Shown here one piece after another: positions 9,421 through 18,996 of a stretch of DNA of 64,000 bases. Under the pieces are notes generated by a model. The model worked only from the letters and a program-made list of their open reading frames with translations, searched no databases and was not told where the DNA came from. This DNA is from Chitinophagaceae bacterium (GTDB taxonomy: Bacteria > Bacteroidota > Bacteroidia > Chitinophagales > REEL01): assembly GCA_007695095.1 (NCBI GenBank), contig REEL01000154.1:1891-65890 (forward strand), in the 5' to 3' direction. A program made the translations under genes and the position numbers. The first letter of the stretch is position 1. Each line of letters begins with the position of its first letter.

Positions 9421-10554
9421 TCATTTAAGCCTTTTCCAATCAGATGCCATAGTGTAGTTGTCTTCTTTTTCGTACCGGATATTTGCTGTCCAAAGATAGG
9501 TGGAGGGCCATTTTTTAAAAATACTTGCCACAGCATATAAAAATCGTAAAGATAGCTTGCTTGGCCTTGGTTTCCACCCTTTCGTCGGAATCATCGTTAA
9601 CTGTATGTTTTTATTCGCTTTTTCAAGCTTATATTCCCCGATTATCTGACCGGTAGATACATGCGCTTCTATGGTAAATCGTCCGCTGATAGCGGTGTCA
9701 TTTTCTAATGTAAGTATATTAGGAAAAGGATTGTCAAAAGTGATGTTTACCGGATGAACGTCATTTTTTCTGCTAATCCGTTGAATAAACGCTTTTTCAT
9801 TTTCCCAAACTATACCAAATTCATAGTCAGCAGTGCTGAGTGTTGTAGCTCCTGTAGCAACTTCAATGCTATTCACTACACCATTAAATGAAGGGTTTAC
9901 TCTTGCGATAAGCGGCTTTGGACTGTAACGGGTAAAATACATTTTAGTCATATCCAATGGCAATGGCAGCATATCTATTTCGTGTCGGACATTATCGATA
10001 GTCACCTCAATATCTGTATGTTTTTTTCGCACAAAATAAAAATCATAAAGCAAGACCAAAGGCAAAGCAGAAGGATTTTCTGCGGCATCACCCATTGGAG
10101 CCAATAAGCCAAAAGGTTTACGTTTCTTGGGGTTCCTTTCAAAAATCTTTATTTGTACCTCCCGGCCGTTAATATCATTAAAGATATAATGAGCTTGTAC
10201 CCCTTCATTTTTAACTTCAAAAAAAGCTTTCTGCATATTAGATTCAACCATATTTGCTAATCCTTTACCCACAATATCATAGCCTTTCGGATTTAATTTT
10301 AATGAAGGCTCATGATAAACATCTACTTTTCCGTCTATTCGCCAACCAATTACCAAATGCCCTTTCCCATGTATGGTGTCATCAAAAACTTGTGGTTCAA
10401 AGCCTATGTATACTGAATCTGGGTCTTTTTCGAAGTTTACCAAAAGCAGCTTTGACATGGGGTCAATGTCAATAGAAAATGGATTTAAAATATGTGTCAT
10501 TTCATTATGGTTAATTGGTTGCAAAGTTAATATTGAAAGCAATAAAAAAAGCAT
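9421..10554 (-). CDS. Hypothetical protein (377 aa), no recognisable family
   Basis: Long intact ORF with protein-like composition. An alternative start is MTHILNPF at 10500. No catalytic or domain motif recognised by eye. Confidence 0.6.
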   Translation of the reverse strand: MLFLLLSILTLQPINHNEMTHILNPFSIDIDPMSKLLLVNFEKDPDSVYIGFEPQVFDDTIHGKGHLVIGWRIDGKVDVYHEPSLKLNPKGYDIVGKGLANMVESNMQKAFFEVKNEGVQAHYIFNDINGREVQIKIFERNPKKRKPFGLLAPMGDAAENPSALPLVLLYDFYFVRKKHTDIEVTIDNVRHEIDMLPLPLDMTKMYFTRYSPKPLIARVNPSFNGVVNSIEVATGATTLSTADYEFGIVWENEKAFIQRISRKNDVHPVNITFDNPFPNILTLENDTAISGRFTIEAHVSTGQIIGEYKLEKANKNIQLTMIPTKGWKPRPSKLSLRFLYAVASIFKKWPSTYLWTANIRYEKEDNYTMASDWKRLK

Positions 10555-10696
10555 GATATATTAAGTTGAAGTTTGAATTCCTGTTCATTCATTTATTTCG
10601 GCTTTGTGATTTCATTTTTTTCAAAAATAGTTTTAGGCAAATACCGATTTTAGTAAAAAGCTGAAATGATGCCGGTTTTTTAATTAAAAAATCACC

Positions 10697-11764
10697 TTAC
10701 ATCACAGTTTTAATGAGTTTTAGCATTGCTCCTGCGGCTAACCTATGTCCTGTTCCGTTAATTTGATTCGTAGCACCACTAAAGTATAAATCTGTTTTTG
10801 GATTATAAAAGGCAAAAGTACCCGTTTGTCCCCAAAAACCAAGAATTTCACCCGGGTACTTAAATGGTGAGGCTATCCATGGAATCCAAAGCTTTTCTAA
10901 ACCAATACCGTAACAAAATAAGCCCGGTGGCGGGTAAATCATATTCCATTTTTTCAGAGCCTCTATTTTTTCCTTTTCAAAAAACTGACCGTTAAAAAAG
11001 GCTTTTAAAAAAATCATCACTTCATCAATAGTAGAAACTATTCCTCCCTCCGGACCAATGGATGTCATGTAATTTGGCAGCCATAATTTTTCAGAACCAT
11101 AATAAAAAGGTACAGGTGTTTTGTCGTTTATATCACTATATAGATAAGTGTTTTTAAAATCAAGTTTTGAAAAAATATAATCCTGAAAAACCTCACCAAT
11201 AGTTTTGCCGGTAATCGTTTCTATGATTTTTCCGAGAAGCTGATAGTTCGAATCAGAATAAGCTGCTTTTCCCTTAGTGCCGGGTTTAAATTTAGGTTTT
11301 AAACTTTTAATAAGTTCTATAGATTTATCAATTGGCCAGGCCTCATCTTTACCTGCAATCAGTTCATCTGCAACCGTCTTTCCGCTAAGCTGTTTATGTG
11401 AAAAATAATCCGGTATGCCGGAAGTATTGGAAATCAAATGGCAGATAGTTATTTCTTTAGAGTAATCTACTTCTTTCATCACATGTAATCGTTCACAGAA
11501 ATCTTCCGATAAGTATTCTGTTATCTTGCTGTTTAAAGAAATTTTGTTTTCATCTACCAATTTCATCACTACGGCAGTAATGTAGAGTTTTGTAACGCTT
11601 GCAATGAAATATCTGTCATTTACTTGCATGCCGCCCGCTGCAGCAGACAATGAAATGCTGCCATCACCACTTTCTACTTTCATGGCAACACTATGAATGC
11701 TTTTATTGGCGGCCATTTTGTTAATTAACAAATCGAGTTTTTCTTGCTTAATCTTTTTTTTCAT
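10697..11764 (-). CDS. Serine hydrolase of the beta-lactamase/PBP (class C-like) family
   Basis: SxxK motif in FIASVTKLYI, later YSDSNY (YxN-like), and a GxxG near the C-terminus. Length 355 aa. Confidence 0.85.
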   Translation of the reverse strand: MKKKIKQEKLDLLINKMAANKSIHSVAMKVESGDGSISLSAAAGGMQVNDRYFIASVTKLYITAVVMKLVDENKISLNSKITEYLSEDFCERLHVMKEVDYSKEITICHLISNTSGIPDYFSHKQLSGKTVADELIAGKDEAWPIDKSIELIKSLKPKFKPGTKGKAAYSDSNYQLLGKIIETITGKTIGEVFQDYIFSKLDFKNTYLYSDINDKTPVPFYYGSEKLWLPNYMTSIGPEGGIVSTIDEVMIFLKAFFNGQFFEKEKIEALKKWNMIYPPPGLFCYGIGLEKLWIPWIASPFKYPGEILGFWGQTGTFAFYNPKTDLYFSGATNQINGTGHRLAAGAMLKLIKTVM

Positions 11765-12045
11765 CTGCGTGATTTATTAGCCATTTTATAAAAAAAAATC
11801 TCAAATTTAAGCCTCATAAGCTGCTTTAAGAAATCTTTTAAACCTTGACGACCTTTGTTGAGGCCTATACTTTAACAAATATAGTTTTTTAATAAATCTT
11901 CTAAAGATTTTTTTTATGTGTTGGAGTGGTAATGTAGATTTACTCCCGATACTTTGAGTTATATTAATCTTAATCTGTAATCAACAAACTTTGGATTGAA
12001 TTTTGTTCGCAAAATTTTTCTTAATTTTACTATAAATATTTGCTG

Positions 12046-12348
12046 ATGAGCAGGGTAGATTTAAAGAATAAAAAACTGGAAGAAGCTTGCAAAGACTATA
12101 ATGTTAAAGAATTATATGTTTTTGGTTCTTTTGTAGGTGCAGATTTTAATAAAGATAGTGATTTAGATTTTTTAGTTGAATTTAAACAACATGCAGATAT
12201 TGGTGCTTTTGATCAATTTATGGGATTAAAGGAAAAACTGGAACAAATTTTTAAACGCCCGGTGGATTTACTTACTGTTAGAAAATTTAGGAATCCAATT
12301 TTTGATAAGGAAATACATCAATCTAAATCTTTGATTTATGCCGCATAA
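12046..12348 (+). CDS. Minimal nucleotidyltransferase (MNT-type antitoxin of HEPN/MNT modules)
   Basis: LYVFGSFVGADFNKDSDLDFLVEF is the GSx(n)DxD polymerase-beta-fold signature. About 100 aa, typical of MNT antitoxins. ATG at 12046; the ORF-track start at 12040 is a TTG. Confidence 0.8.
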   Translation: MSRVDLKNKKLEEACKDYNVKELYVFGSFVGADFNKDSDLDFLVEFKQHADIGAFDQFMGLKEKLEQIFKRPVDLLTVRKFRNPIFDKEIHQSKSLIYAA

Positions 12349-12385
12349 TTCGAGTAAGCTCCTGCTTGATATTAGTTATAATTGA
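12338..12385 (+). pseudogene. 15-codon stub where the cognate HEPN (DUF86) toxin gene would begin
   Basis: An ATG overlaps the MNT stop, as in intact MNT-HEPN pairs. It reads MPHNSSKLLLDISYN then a stop. The LLLDI start resembles DUF86 N-termini, and nothing coding follows. Confidence 0.35.
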
Positions 12386-12459
12386 ATGAAAAATATTGAC
12401 CCTAAACTCTCTATAATAGATACTTTCAAATCATTGTAGTAAATTTGTAAAAAATCTCT

Positions 12460-13230
12460 ATGTCAAAGCGGATATTGCTTTCGTTAATTATACTACTGTG
12501 GTCGTTTTGGGGTGTCGCACAAACGCACGAATTGGCATTTGGTGGAGGATTGACTCTTGAATCATTACGGGACAAAGGGTATTCTCCCCTGCTTTACTCC
12601 GGTGCGGGAATAAGCGGATTTATAGGCTATGAAAGAAATACTGACAGACGGGAAACAATCTGGATGTTCAGCTATGGCCGGGCTTCAACATCTAATAGCT
12701 TTGACAGGCAACTTACGACAAGTTCTGTAGGACTTGTTAACTACAATTTTTACAATCGTGACACAGAATCTCCGGTCAAATGGGGGTGGTCCAATAATAA
12801 TGCATTCAATAATCGAAATATTGACGGATTTTCAAATTTTAATGGCCGCACAAATTTCTTTACTTCTTTTGGTCCGGCAATGAAGTATGAAAGAGAATTT
12901 TCTTTAAAAGAACAAAATTTTACTTTTCAGATAATATCCCATGTTCAGCTAATAGGTTTTTATATGCCATCCGGCTATGTTTCTTCTTACCCAAGAGGTT
13001 TTACATACGAACCGAACACTCCTCTGGCCGGCTTTTGGGAATCTTTGTATTTATTCTATCCGGGCTCTGCCTGGAACGCCGGTTTATGGCCTAAGGTTCA
13101 ATGGCACTTATCAAGCGGCAACAGCATCTGTCTGAATTATATGTATGAGTACAGTAGATTGAGAGGGGCACATGTGTCTGAAAGAAGTGCCGGCACATGG
13201 TTTTTAACATTTTTTATGCAATTGAAATGA
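12460..13230 (+). CDS. Putative outer-membrane beta-barrel protein (256 aa)
   Basis: Signal peptide MSKRILLSLIILLWSFWGVAQ. Alternating aromatic/polar strands rich in G, Y, N and S. No family recognised. Confidence 0.55.
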   Translation: MSKRILLSLIILLWSFWGVAQTHELAFGGGLTLESLRDKGYSPLLYSGAGISGFIGYERNTDRRETIWMFSYGRASTSNSFDRQLTTSSVGLVNYNFYNRDTESPVKWGWSNNNAFNNRNIDGFSNFNGRTNFFTSFGPAMKYEREFSLKEQNFTFQIISHVQLIGFYMPSGYVSSYPRGFTYEPNTPLAGFWESLYLFYPGSAWNAGLWPKVQWHLSSGNSICLNYMYEYSRLRGAHVSERSAGTWFLTFFMQLK

Positions 13231-14243
13231 GACAGTTTATAAAATACAGATTGTGGTTTGTTTTTCTCTTCGTTTTAGCCGGAGGAACATCTTGCGAAAA
13301 ATCAATTTTAGGTGGCGATCCGGAAATGGAAGCACCAAAAGTTTTTGAGTTTTTAAGCGATGATATCGAAAACCGGTATTCGTATTTTGAACTGAAAAAT
13401 ATTGATTGGGAAGAAGTTAAAGAGCGCTATCGGTCTTTGGTTTATGCCGGTATGGATGAAATGGATTTGTTTGATGTATTGGCTGATATGCTTTTTGAAT
13501 TGGAAGATGGGCACGTTAACCTGACAAGCCCCTTTAACAGAAGTAGAAACTGGGAATGGTCTCAAAATTATCCACGTAACTACAATCAGGGTATCATCAA
13601 CCAACAATATTTAGGGAAGGATTTTTGGATAACAGGACCTTTACGTCATCAAATAATTGATTCGGTTTTATATGTCAATTACCGCACCTTTACTGAAGAA
13701 GTTACCAATCAGGCAATTGATGAGCTGATTAAGAGAGCGCAGGGTTTGAAAGGTGTTATTATAGATGTGCGAAGTAATGGGGGAGGGAATTTGGGAAATG
13801 CATTGAGAATAGCCGGAGCTTTTACACCCACTTCTTATAAATATGGTTCTGTGAGAATTAAAAACGGTTCTTGTGCCGATTGCTTTTCCTCTTGGACAGA
13901 CCTCCGTGTTGAACCTAAAAGCGGGTTGATTTTTTCCGGAGATGTAATCGTTCTCACCAATCGTGAATCATATAGTTCCACTACATATTTTGCACAAATG
14001 ATGCGCGAAAATCCTAATGCAATACTCATGGGTAACTCTACCGGTGGAGGCGGAGGAACTCCGGCTTTTGGAGAGCTCCCTAATGGTTGGACATACCGAT
14101 TTTCCTCTACGCAAGCGATTAATAATGAAGGCGAGCATCTGGAGCTGGGTGTACCGGTAGATGTTGAAGTAGATTTGGAAAAATCAGATGAAAATAATGA
14201 TATAGATACTATTTTAGAAAGCGCTTTGGATAGGTTGAGGTGA
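13227..14243 (+). CDS. S41-family peptidase (tail-specific/tricorn-core-like), probable lipoprotein
   Basis: VIIDVRSNGGGN and VLTNRESYSSTTYFA match the S41 core. Start chosen at MRQFIKYRLWF...LAGGTSC (lipobox-like), where its ATG overlaps the upstream stop as ATGA. Confidence 0.8.
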   Translation: MRQFIKYRLWFVFLFVLAGGTSCEKSILGGDPEMEAPKVFEFLSDDIENRYSYFELKNIDWEEVKERYRSLVYAGMDEMDLFDVLADMLFELEDGHVNLTSPFNRSRNWEWSQNYPRNYNQGIINQQYLGKDFWITGPLRHQIIDSVLYVNYRTFTEEVTNQAIDELIKRAQGLKGVIIDVRSNGGGNLGNALRIAGAFTPTSYKYGSVRIKNGSCADCFSSWTDLRVEPKSGLIFSGDVIVLTNRESYSSTTYFAQMMRENPNAILMGNSTGGGGGTPAFGELPNGWTYRFSSTQAINNEGEHLELGVPVDVEVDLEKSDENNDIDTILESALDRLR

Positions 14244-14442
14244 GTAAAAAAGGCTTTTATATTCTTACCAAAACTTCCAAAAAGCTTTTGACCAAACAAT
14301 TTTTTATATTTGTACGTAAAGGAGTTGCCTAAAAAGGTATCAATTACCGATTTTAATTTTGACATTTCATCCTAAAATATGTTTTGTAAAAATCCGGACT
14401 TCAACTCTTTTCTATTCTCCTTGTTATTTGAAAAATGAACCT

Positions 14443-15033
14443 ATGAGCTTCAAATCACTGATAAATAAAATTTTTGGAAACCCTTCAGACCCCAAATTAC
14501 TGAAAGAGAGGACCACATTATTGCGCTCTGAAAAAGAAAAGCAATTGTATCAAATCTGGTTAGAGAATCAAAAAGACAGCTTTATAGCAGAATTTAAAAA
14601 TCAACTTTTTGAACGAAAAGAGGGTGATATTCCGCAAAGCGGGATTCAAATACAACTTTTGATTTCTCCCGCCTCAAACGGATTTATTTGCGCAATGAAT
14701 CCAAATGAATATGATAAGAACCACTATATGTGCTTTTTTGATTTTTTGAAAGAAAAAGTGCTTGAACTGAATTATAAATTATACCTTTCTGATGTGAGAT
14801 ATGAGGAAATGGAGGATTATGTCAGTGAATGTCAGCGACACTACCTGAAACCCAGATATTCACTCAAAGAGATTCCTAAAAAATTTAACCAGCAGTTCGG
14901 TAATTTGACTATTGAATACCTGCTTAAAGACTCAAAACCGGTTCATGTAAAATTTTTATGCCAACCGTATAGAGATTCTAAATTTACAGATGCAAAAGAT
15001 TTTCTTTCTCTTATGGAAATAGTTCTTCAATAA
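14443..15033 (+). CDS. Hypothetical protein (196 aa from the ATG at 14443)
   Basis: Intact ORF; the ORF-track start at 14359 is a TTG, so the first ATG (MSFKSLINKIFG) is preferred. No motif recognised. Confidence 0.5.
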   Translation: MSFKSLINKIFGNPSDPKLLKERTTLLRSEKEKQLYQIWLENQKDSFIAEFKNQLFERKEGDIPQSGIQIQLLISPASNGFICAMNPNEYDKNHYMCFFDFLKEKVLELNYKLYLSDVRYEEMEDYVSECQRHYLKPRYSLKEIPKKFNQQFGNLTIEYLLKDSKPVHVKFLCQPYRDSKFTDAKDFLSLMEIVLQ

Positions 15034-15093
15034 ACCCCCGAAAAATTCCCTGAATAGCACAGTTTTGATAATTTAGCCTTTTATTTACCAATT

Positions 15094-16221
15094 ATGACTA
15101 AAAAGGCTTTTATCCCATTGTCACTCATCCCTTTAGCCGGCGGAAGCTTAAAAGCGATACGTAAAACAATCGAAGGTTGCGAAGTGAGTTCTCAGTACAA
15201 AATGCGATTATATTCTGCATTTTTAGTGGGTGGCATAAGCAAACCGTTTCGCTTGGCAGAAGATTTTGTAGTAAATAAAAAATCTAAGACCATCACTGAT
15301 CCGGCTCAGCCATTATTTATTTTGGGGCATTGGAGAAGCGGTACAACCTTACTGCATAATCTTTTGACGCAAGATCCTGATTTTGGATATGTCACCACCT
15401 ACCAGTCAGTTTTCCCGAATGTAACTTTAAGTGGGAAATGGCTGTTTAAAAATTTTATGCAGTTGGCCATGCCCGATAAGCGGCCTGCCGATAATGTGAA
15501 ACTATCAGCTGATTTTCCGCAGGAAGAAGAGTTTGCTTTGGGAAATATTCATGGTCTGTCTTATTACAACTTTTGGTATTTTCCGGATGAAGCCAGAAAC
15601 TACTTTTCAAAATACCTGACATTTGAAGATTTAAATCCTGCAGAAAAGGAATATTGGAAAGCATCTTATAAGCAGTTGGTAAAAACAGCTATCCTTAATA
15701 CTAAAAGGAAAAATATAGTTTTAAAAAACCCGCCTAACACAGGTAGAATTGACACTTTACTGGAAATATACCCGAATGCAAAGTTTATTCATATCATGAG
15801 AAATCCGGTGACAGTATACCTCTCAACTAAACGTTTTTTTGAAAAGACTATGCCCGCTCTGCAGCTCAATAAAGTAGAAGAAAAGCGTTTTATAGAAAAT
15901 ATCTTTTGGGTGTATGAAAAATTAATGGATAAATATGAAAAAGATAAAGTCCTGATTCCGGAAGGGAATTTGTATGAATTTAAATTTGAAGATTTTGAAA
16001 AAGAGCCCTTAACTTTTTTACGAAAAATATACACTGAGCTGAAAATTGACAACTTCCACACTGCTGAACCACACTTTGTAAACTACCTGAACTCACAGAA
16101 AAAGTTTAAAATGAACAAGCATAAGGTCGATAAAGAATCCTTAGACCTGATTATGCAAAATATGGAAAATTATTGTCAAAAGTATGAATATAATGTGCCC
16201 GATAATATAGAAATTATGTAA
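15094..16221 (+). CDS. Sulfotransferase-family protein
   Basis: ILGHWRSGTTLLHNLL is a PAPS 5'-phosphosulfate-binding loop. A later HIMRNPV segment is consistent with the 3'-phosphate-binding region. Confidence 0.75.
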   Translation: MTKKAFIPLSLIPLAGGSLKAIRKTIEGCEVSSQYKMRLYSAFLVGGISKPFRLAEDFVVNKKSKTITDPAQPLFILGHWRSGTTLLHNLLTQDPDFGYVTTYQSVFPNVTLSGKWLFKNFMQLAMPDKRPADNVKLSADFPQEEEFALGNIHGLSYYNFWYFPDEARNYFSKYLTFEDLNPAEKEYWKASYKQLVKTAILNTKRKNIVLKNPPNTGRIDTLLEIYPNAKFIHIMRNPVTVYLSTKRFFEKTMPALQLNKVEEKRFIENIFWVYEKLMDKYEKDKVLIPEGNLYEFKFEDFEKEPLTFLRKIYTELKIDNFHTAEPHFVNYLNSQKKFKMNKHKVDKESLDLIMQNMENYCQKYEYNVPDNIEIM

Positions 16222-16264
16222 TTTATATTATATTTATCTTTCCATTAAATCAAAGCTAAAGATT

Positions 16265-17245
16265 ATGTGGAAAGATTTATTTGATTTTACTAAATCAGAG
16301 CGTAACGGAATTTTCGTTTTGATGCTGCTATTACTGATGTTAATTGCCTACAGGTACTGGTATAATAATGTCCGTTCAAAACCTGATTTGCTGAAAATGG
16401 ATGAAGATTTTAAAAGTGAAGTAGATTATTTTTTGAAAAATGCGGTAAAAAAGCCTGAAGAAGAGCTTTTAGCAGATGTAACAACAACGGAGCCTAAGGA
16501 TATTGAACCGCCAAAGGAAGAAAAAACCTACGAGCTATTTTATTTTGATCCGAATACTGCGAGTAGAGAGAATTTATTAAGGTTAGGGTTATCAGACCGA
16601 AAAGTTGACAATCTGATAAATTTCAGAAATGCAGGAGGACGTTTTCATACTGCCGATGATTTGCTGAGACTTTATCGTTTCGATGAAGATGATGTAGAGC
16701 GTTTAGCAGATTATGTATCTATTGTAAGGGAAGAATCAAGGGAGATTGAAAAAAGGGAATACGGAAGGCCAGTTGAAATAGAAAAATCGGATATAGAAGA
16801 AGAAGTAGAAAAAGAAATTCAAATCGTTGAGTTAAATACAGCTGATTCAGCGAAATTAGTTACTGTTTATGGAATTGGCCCTTTTCGTTCATCAAGAATA
16901 ATTGAATACCGGGATAGACTCGGAGGTTTTTTTGAAGAAACTCAATTGCTCGAAGTTTTTAGTATTGATTCATCTGTAATAGAGCAAATTCGTGACCATA
17001 TTAATATAGATACAACTCAAATAAAGAAAATAAATGTAAATACTGCTGATTTTGTAGAATTGGTAAGGCATCCTTATATAGATAGAAATCTGGCAAACCT
17101 GATAATTAATTTCCGTGAGCAACATGGATTTTACAAAAGCAAATCGGAAATACAGTCACTTCATTTGGTTAATGATGATTTATATCGTAAAATTGTGCCT
17201 TATATCAGTTTAAATGATCTCAGAGATAATCAAGAAGAACGTTAG
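16265..17245 (+). CDS. ComEA-like helix-hairpin-helix DNA-binding protein with N-terminal membrane anchor
   Basis: Three repeated HhH units (FDPNTASRENLLRLGL..., ELNTADSAKLVTVYGIGPFRSSRIIEYR..., INVNTADFVELVRHPYIDRNLANLII). Confidence 0.75.
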   Translation: MWKDLFDFTKSERNGIFVLMLLLLMLIAYRYWYNNVRSKPDLLKMDEDFKSEVDYFLKNAVKKPEEELLADVTTTEPKDIEPPKEEKTYELFYFDPNTASRENLLRLGLSDRKVDNLINFRNAGGRFHTADDLLRLYRFDEDDVERLADYVSIVREESREIEKREYGRPVEIEKSDIEEEVEKEIQIVELNTADSAKLVTVYGIGPFRSSRIIEYRDRLGGFFEETQLLEVFSIDSSVIEQIRDHINIDTTQIKKINVNTADFVELVRHPYIDRNLANLIINFREQHGFYKSKSEIQSLHLVNDDLYRKIVPYISLNDLRDNQEER

Positions 17246-17741
17246 GGAAATACAAGATTTTCCAAAACCCGGAATAAATTTTATAGATATCACGCCACTT
17301 TTGGCTAATGCTTCTTTAGTAAAAAAGACCTTAGATGCATTTATTAATCAAATAGGTGATGATATAGATGTAATTTGTGCTGTTGAAAGCAGAGGCTTTT
17401 ATTGGGGTTTGCTTATAGCTCAGGAATTGAATATCCCGTTTGTACCTGTTCGAAAGAAAGGTAAATTACCGGGAGACACTATTGCTCATAGTTATGACCT
17501 CGAATACGGCTCCTCTACTATAGAAATTCAAAGAGGTACATTACAAGCCGGGCAAAGAGTTCATATTCATGATGATTTATTGGCAACAGGAGGTACTGTG
17601 CATGCGGTTGCTCATTTGCTACAGTCTCAAAAAGTGCATATACAGGGATTTTCATTTCTGATTTCATTAAATTTTTTATCCGGAGCTGAAAAAATTAAAC
17701 CATTTTCGAAGAATATCATTTCTTTAGCAGAATACAACTAA
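17214..17741 (+). CDS. apt: Adenine phosphoribosyltransferase
   Basis: IQDFPKPGINFIDITPLL at the N-terminus and the PRPP-binding loop VHIHDDLLATGGT. Overlaps the upstream gene by 32 nt. Confidence 0.9.
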   Translation: MISEIIKKNVREIQDFPKPGINFIDITPLLANASLVKKTLDAFINQIGDDIDVICAVESRGFYWGLLIAQELNIPFVPVRKKGKLPGDTIAHSYDLEYGSSTIEIQRGTLQAGQRVHIHDDLLATGGTVHAVAHLLQSQKVHIQGFSFLISLNFLSGAEKIKPFSKNIISLAEYN

Positions 17742-17753
17742 TAATCTAAAATT

Positions 17754-18893
17754 ATGGATTTTAAAAAGACAGAAAATCAATTGATGGTTGCTCAAATGGC
17801 AAGCGACCTGGCAGAAAAACATATACGCCCCAATGTAATGAAGTGGGATGAGAGTCAGGAATTTCCTGTAGAATTATTTAAGGAATTGGGTAGAAATGGC
17901 CTTATGGGTGTTTTAGTTCCTGAAAAATATAATGGTACCGGCATGGGGTACTTCGAGTATATTGAAGTAATTAGTGAAATTGCTCAGGTTTGTGGTTCTA
18001 TTGGCCTCTCGGTGGCGGCACATAATTCCCTTTGTACCGGACATATCCTTCAATTTGGAACAGAAGAACAAAAACAAAAATACTTACCAAAGTTAGCTAC
18101 CGCCGAATGGATAGGCGCATGGGCACTTACAGAACCAAACACCGGTTCTGATGCTATGAACATGAAATGTGTAGCTCAAAAAGATGGTGACTACTATGTT
18201 TTGAACGGAACCAAATGTTGGATTACTCACGGCAAAAGTAGTCAGGTGGCAGTAGTTATTGCCAGAACCGGAGATGTGCGTGACAGCAAAGGCACAACTG
18301 CTTTTGTGATAGAAAAAAGCACAGAAGGTTTCACCCACGGTAAAAAAGAAGATAAATTAGGCATGCGTGCTTCAGAAACAACTGAACTGATTTTTGATAA
18401 CTGCAGAGTTCATAAAGATCAGGTTTTAGGTAAAGAAGGCGAAGGCTTCAAACAGGCAATGAAAATCCTTGATGGCGGAAGAATATCTATAGCCGCTCTT
18501 TCAATCGGTATAGCTAAAGGAGCTTATAAAGCTGCCAAGGCTTATGCAAAAGAAAGACATCAGTTTGATCAGCCGATAGCCAATTTTCAAGCTATCAGTT
18601 TTAAATTAGCTGATATGGCCACACAAATTGAAGCCGCTGAACTATTGACTTACCAGGCTGCTGATTTAAAAAACAGAGGTGAATATGTAACCAAACCTTC
18701 GGCATTTGCAAAGTATTATGCATCAGAAGTAGCTGTAAGAGCTTCAACGGATGCCGTTCAAATTCTTGGAGGTTACGGTTATACTAAGGAGTTCCCGGTA
18801 GAAAAATTTTACAGAGATTCAAAGCTTTGTACTATAGGAGAAGGTACATCTGAAATCCAAAAACTGGTAATTTCCAGAGAAATCCTAAAATAA
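17754..18893 (+). CDS. Acyl-CoA dehydrogenase (short/branched-chain type)
   Basis: WALTEPNTGSDA, the ...GW.ITHG block, and a C-terminal YRDSKLCTIGEGTSEIQ containing the catalytic Glu context. Length 379 aa. Confidence 0.9.
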   Translation: MDFKKTENQLMVAQMASDLAEKHIRPNVMKWDESQEFPVELFKELGRNGLMGVLVPEKYNGTGMGYFEYIEVISEIAQVCGSIGLSVAAHNSLCTGHILQFGTEEQKQKYLPKLATAEWIGAWALTEPNTGSDAMNMKCVAQKDGDYYVLNGTKCWITHGKSSQVAVVIARTGDVRDSKGTTAFVIEKSTEGFTHGKKEDKLGMRASETTELIFDNCRVHKDQVLGKEGEGFKQAMKILDGGRISIAALSIGIAKGAYKAAKAYAKERHQFDQPIANFQAISFKLADMATQIEAAELLTYQAADLKNRGEYVTKPSAFAKYYASEVAVRASTDAVQILGGYGYTKEFPVEKFYRDSKLCTIGEGTSEIQKLVISREILK

Positions 18894-18946
18894 TTTTTTG
18901 CTAACAAAATCTCACTAAGCAGATTTTTGAAATATTAAAAAAATAC

Positions 18947-18977
18947 TTTCAATTTTCCGCAATATTTCCTATCTTTG
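18947..18977 (+). promoter_or_regulatory. Candidate promoter for rpsU (TTTC-N19-TATCTTTG)
   Basis: TATCTTTG at 18970-18977 matches TAnnTTTG. A TTTC sits 19 nt upstream. The rpsU ATG is 20 nt downstream. Confidence 0.4.
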
Positions 18978-18996
18978 CAATCCTAAAAAAAAGTCT

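Noticed and set aside
13835-14365. 176-aa minus-strand ORF overlapping the 3' part of the S41 peptidase gene
   Set aside because: The plus-strand frame carries clear S41 motifs. The antisense product is Ser/Pro/Lys low-complexity (…STSTSTGTPSS…PPPPPV…), generated by the GGNGGN run on the sense strand.
8654-16221. Genomic island or prophage integrated at tRNA-Phe
   Set aside because: I saw no integrase, no phage or conjugation genes, and no direct repeat of the tRNA 3' end anywhere in the following 8 kb. The genes are a loose set of enzymes and unknowns.
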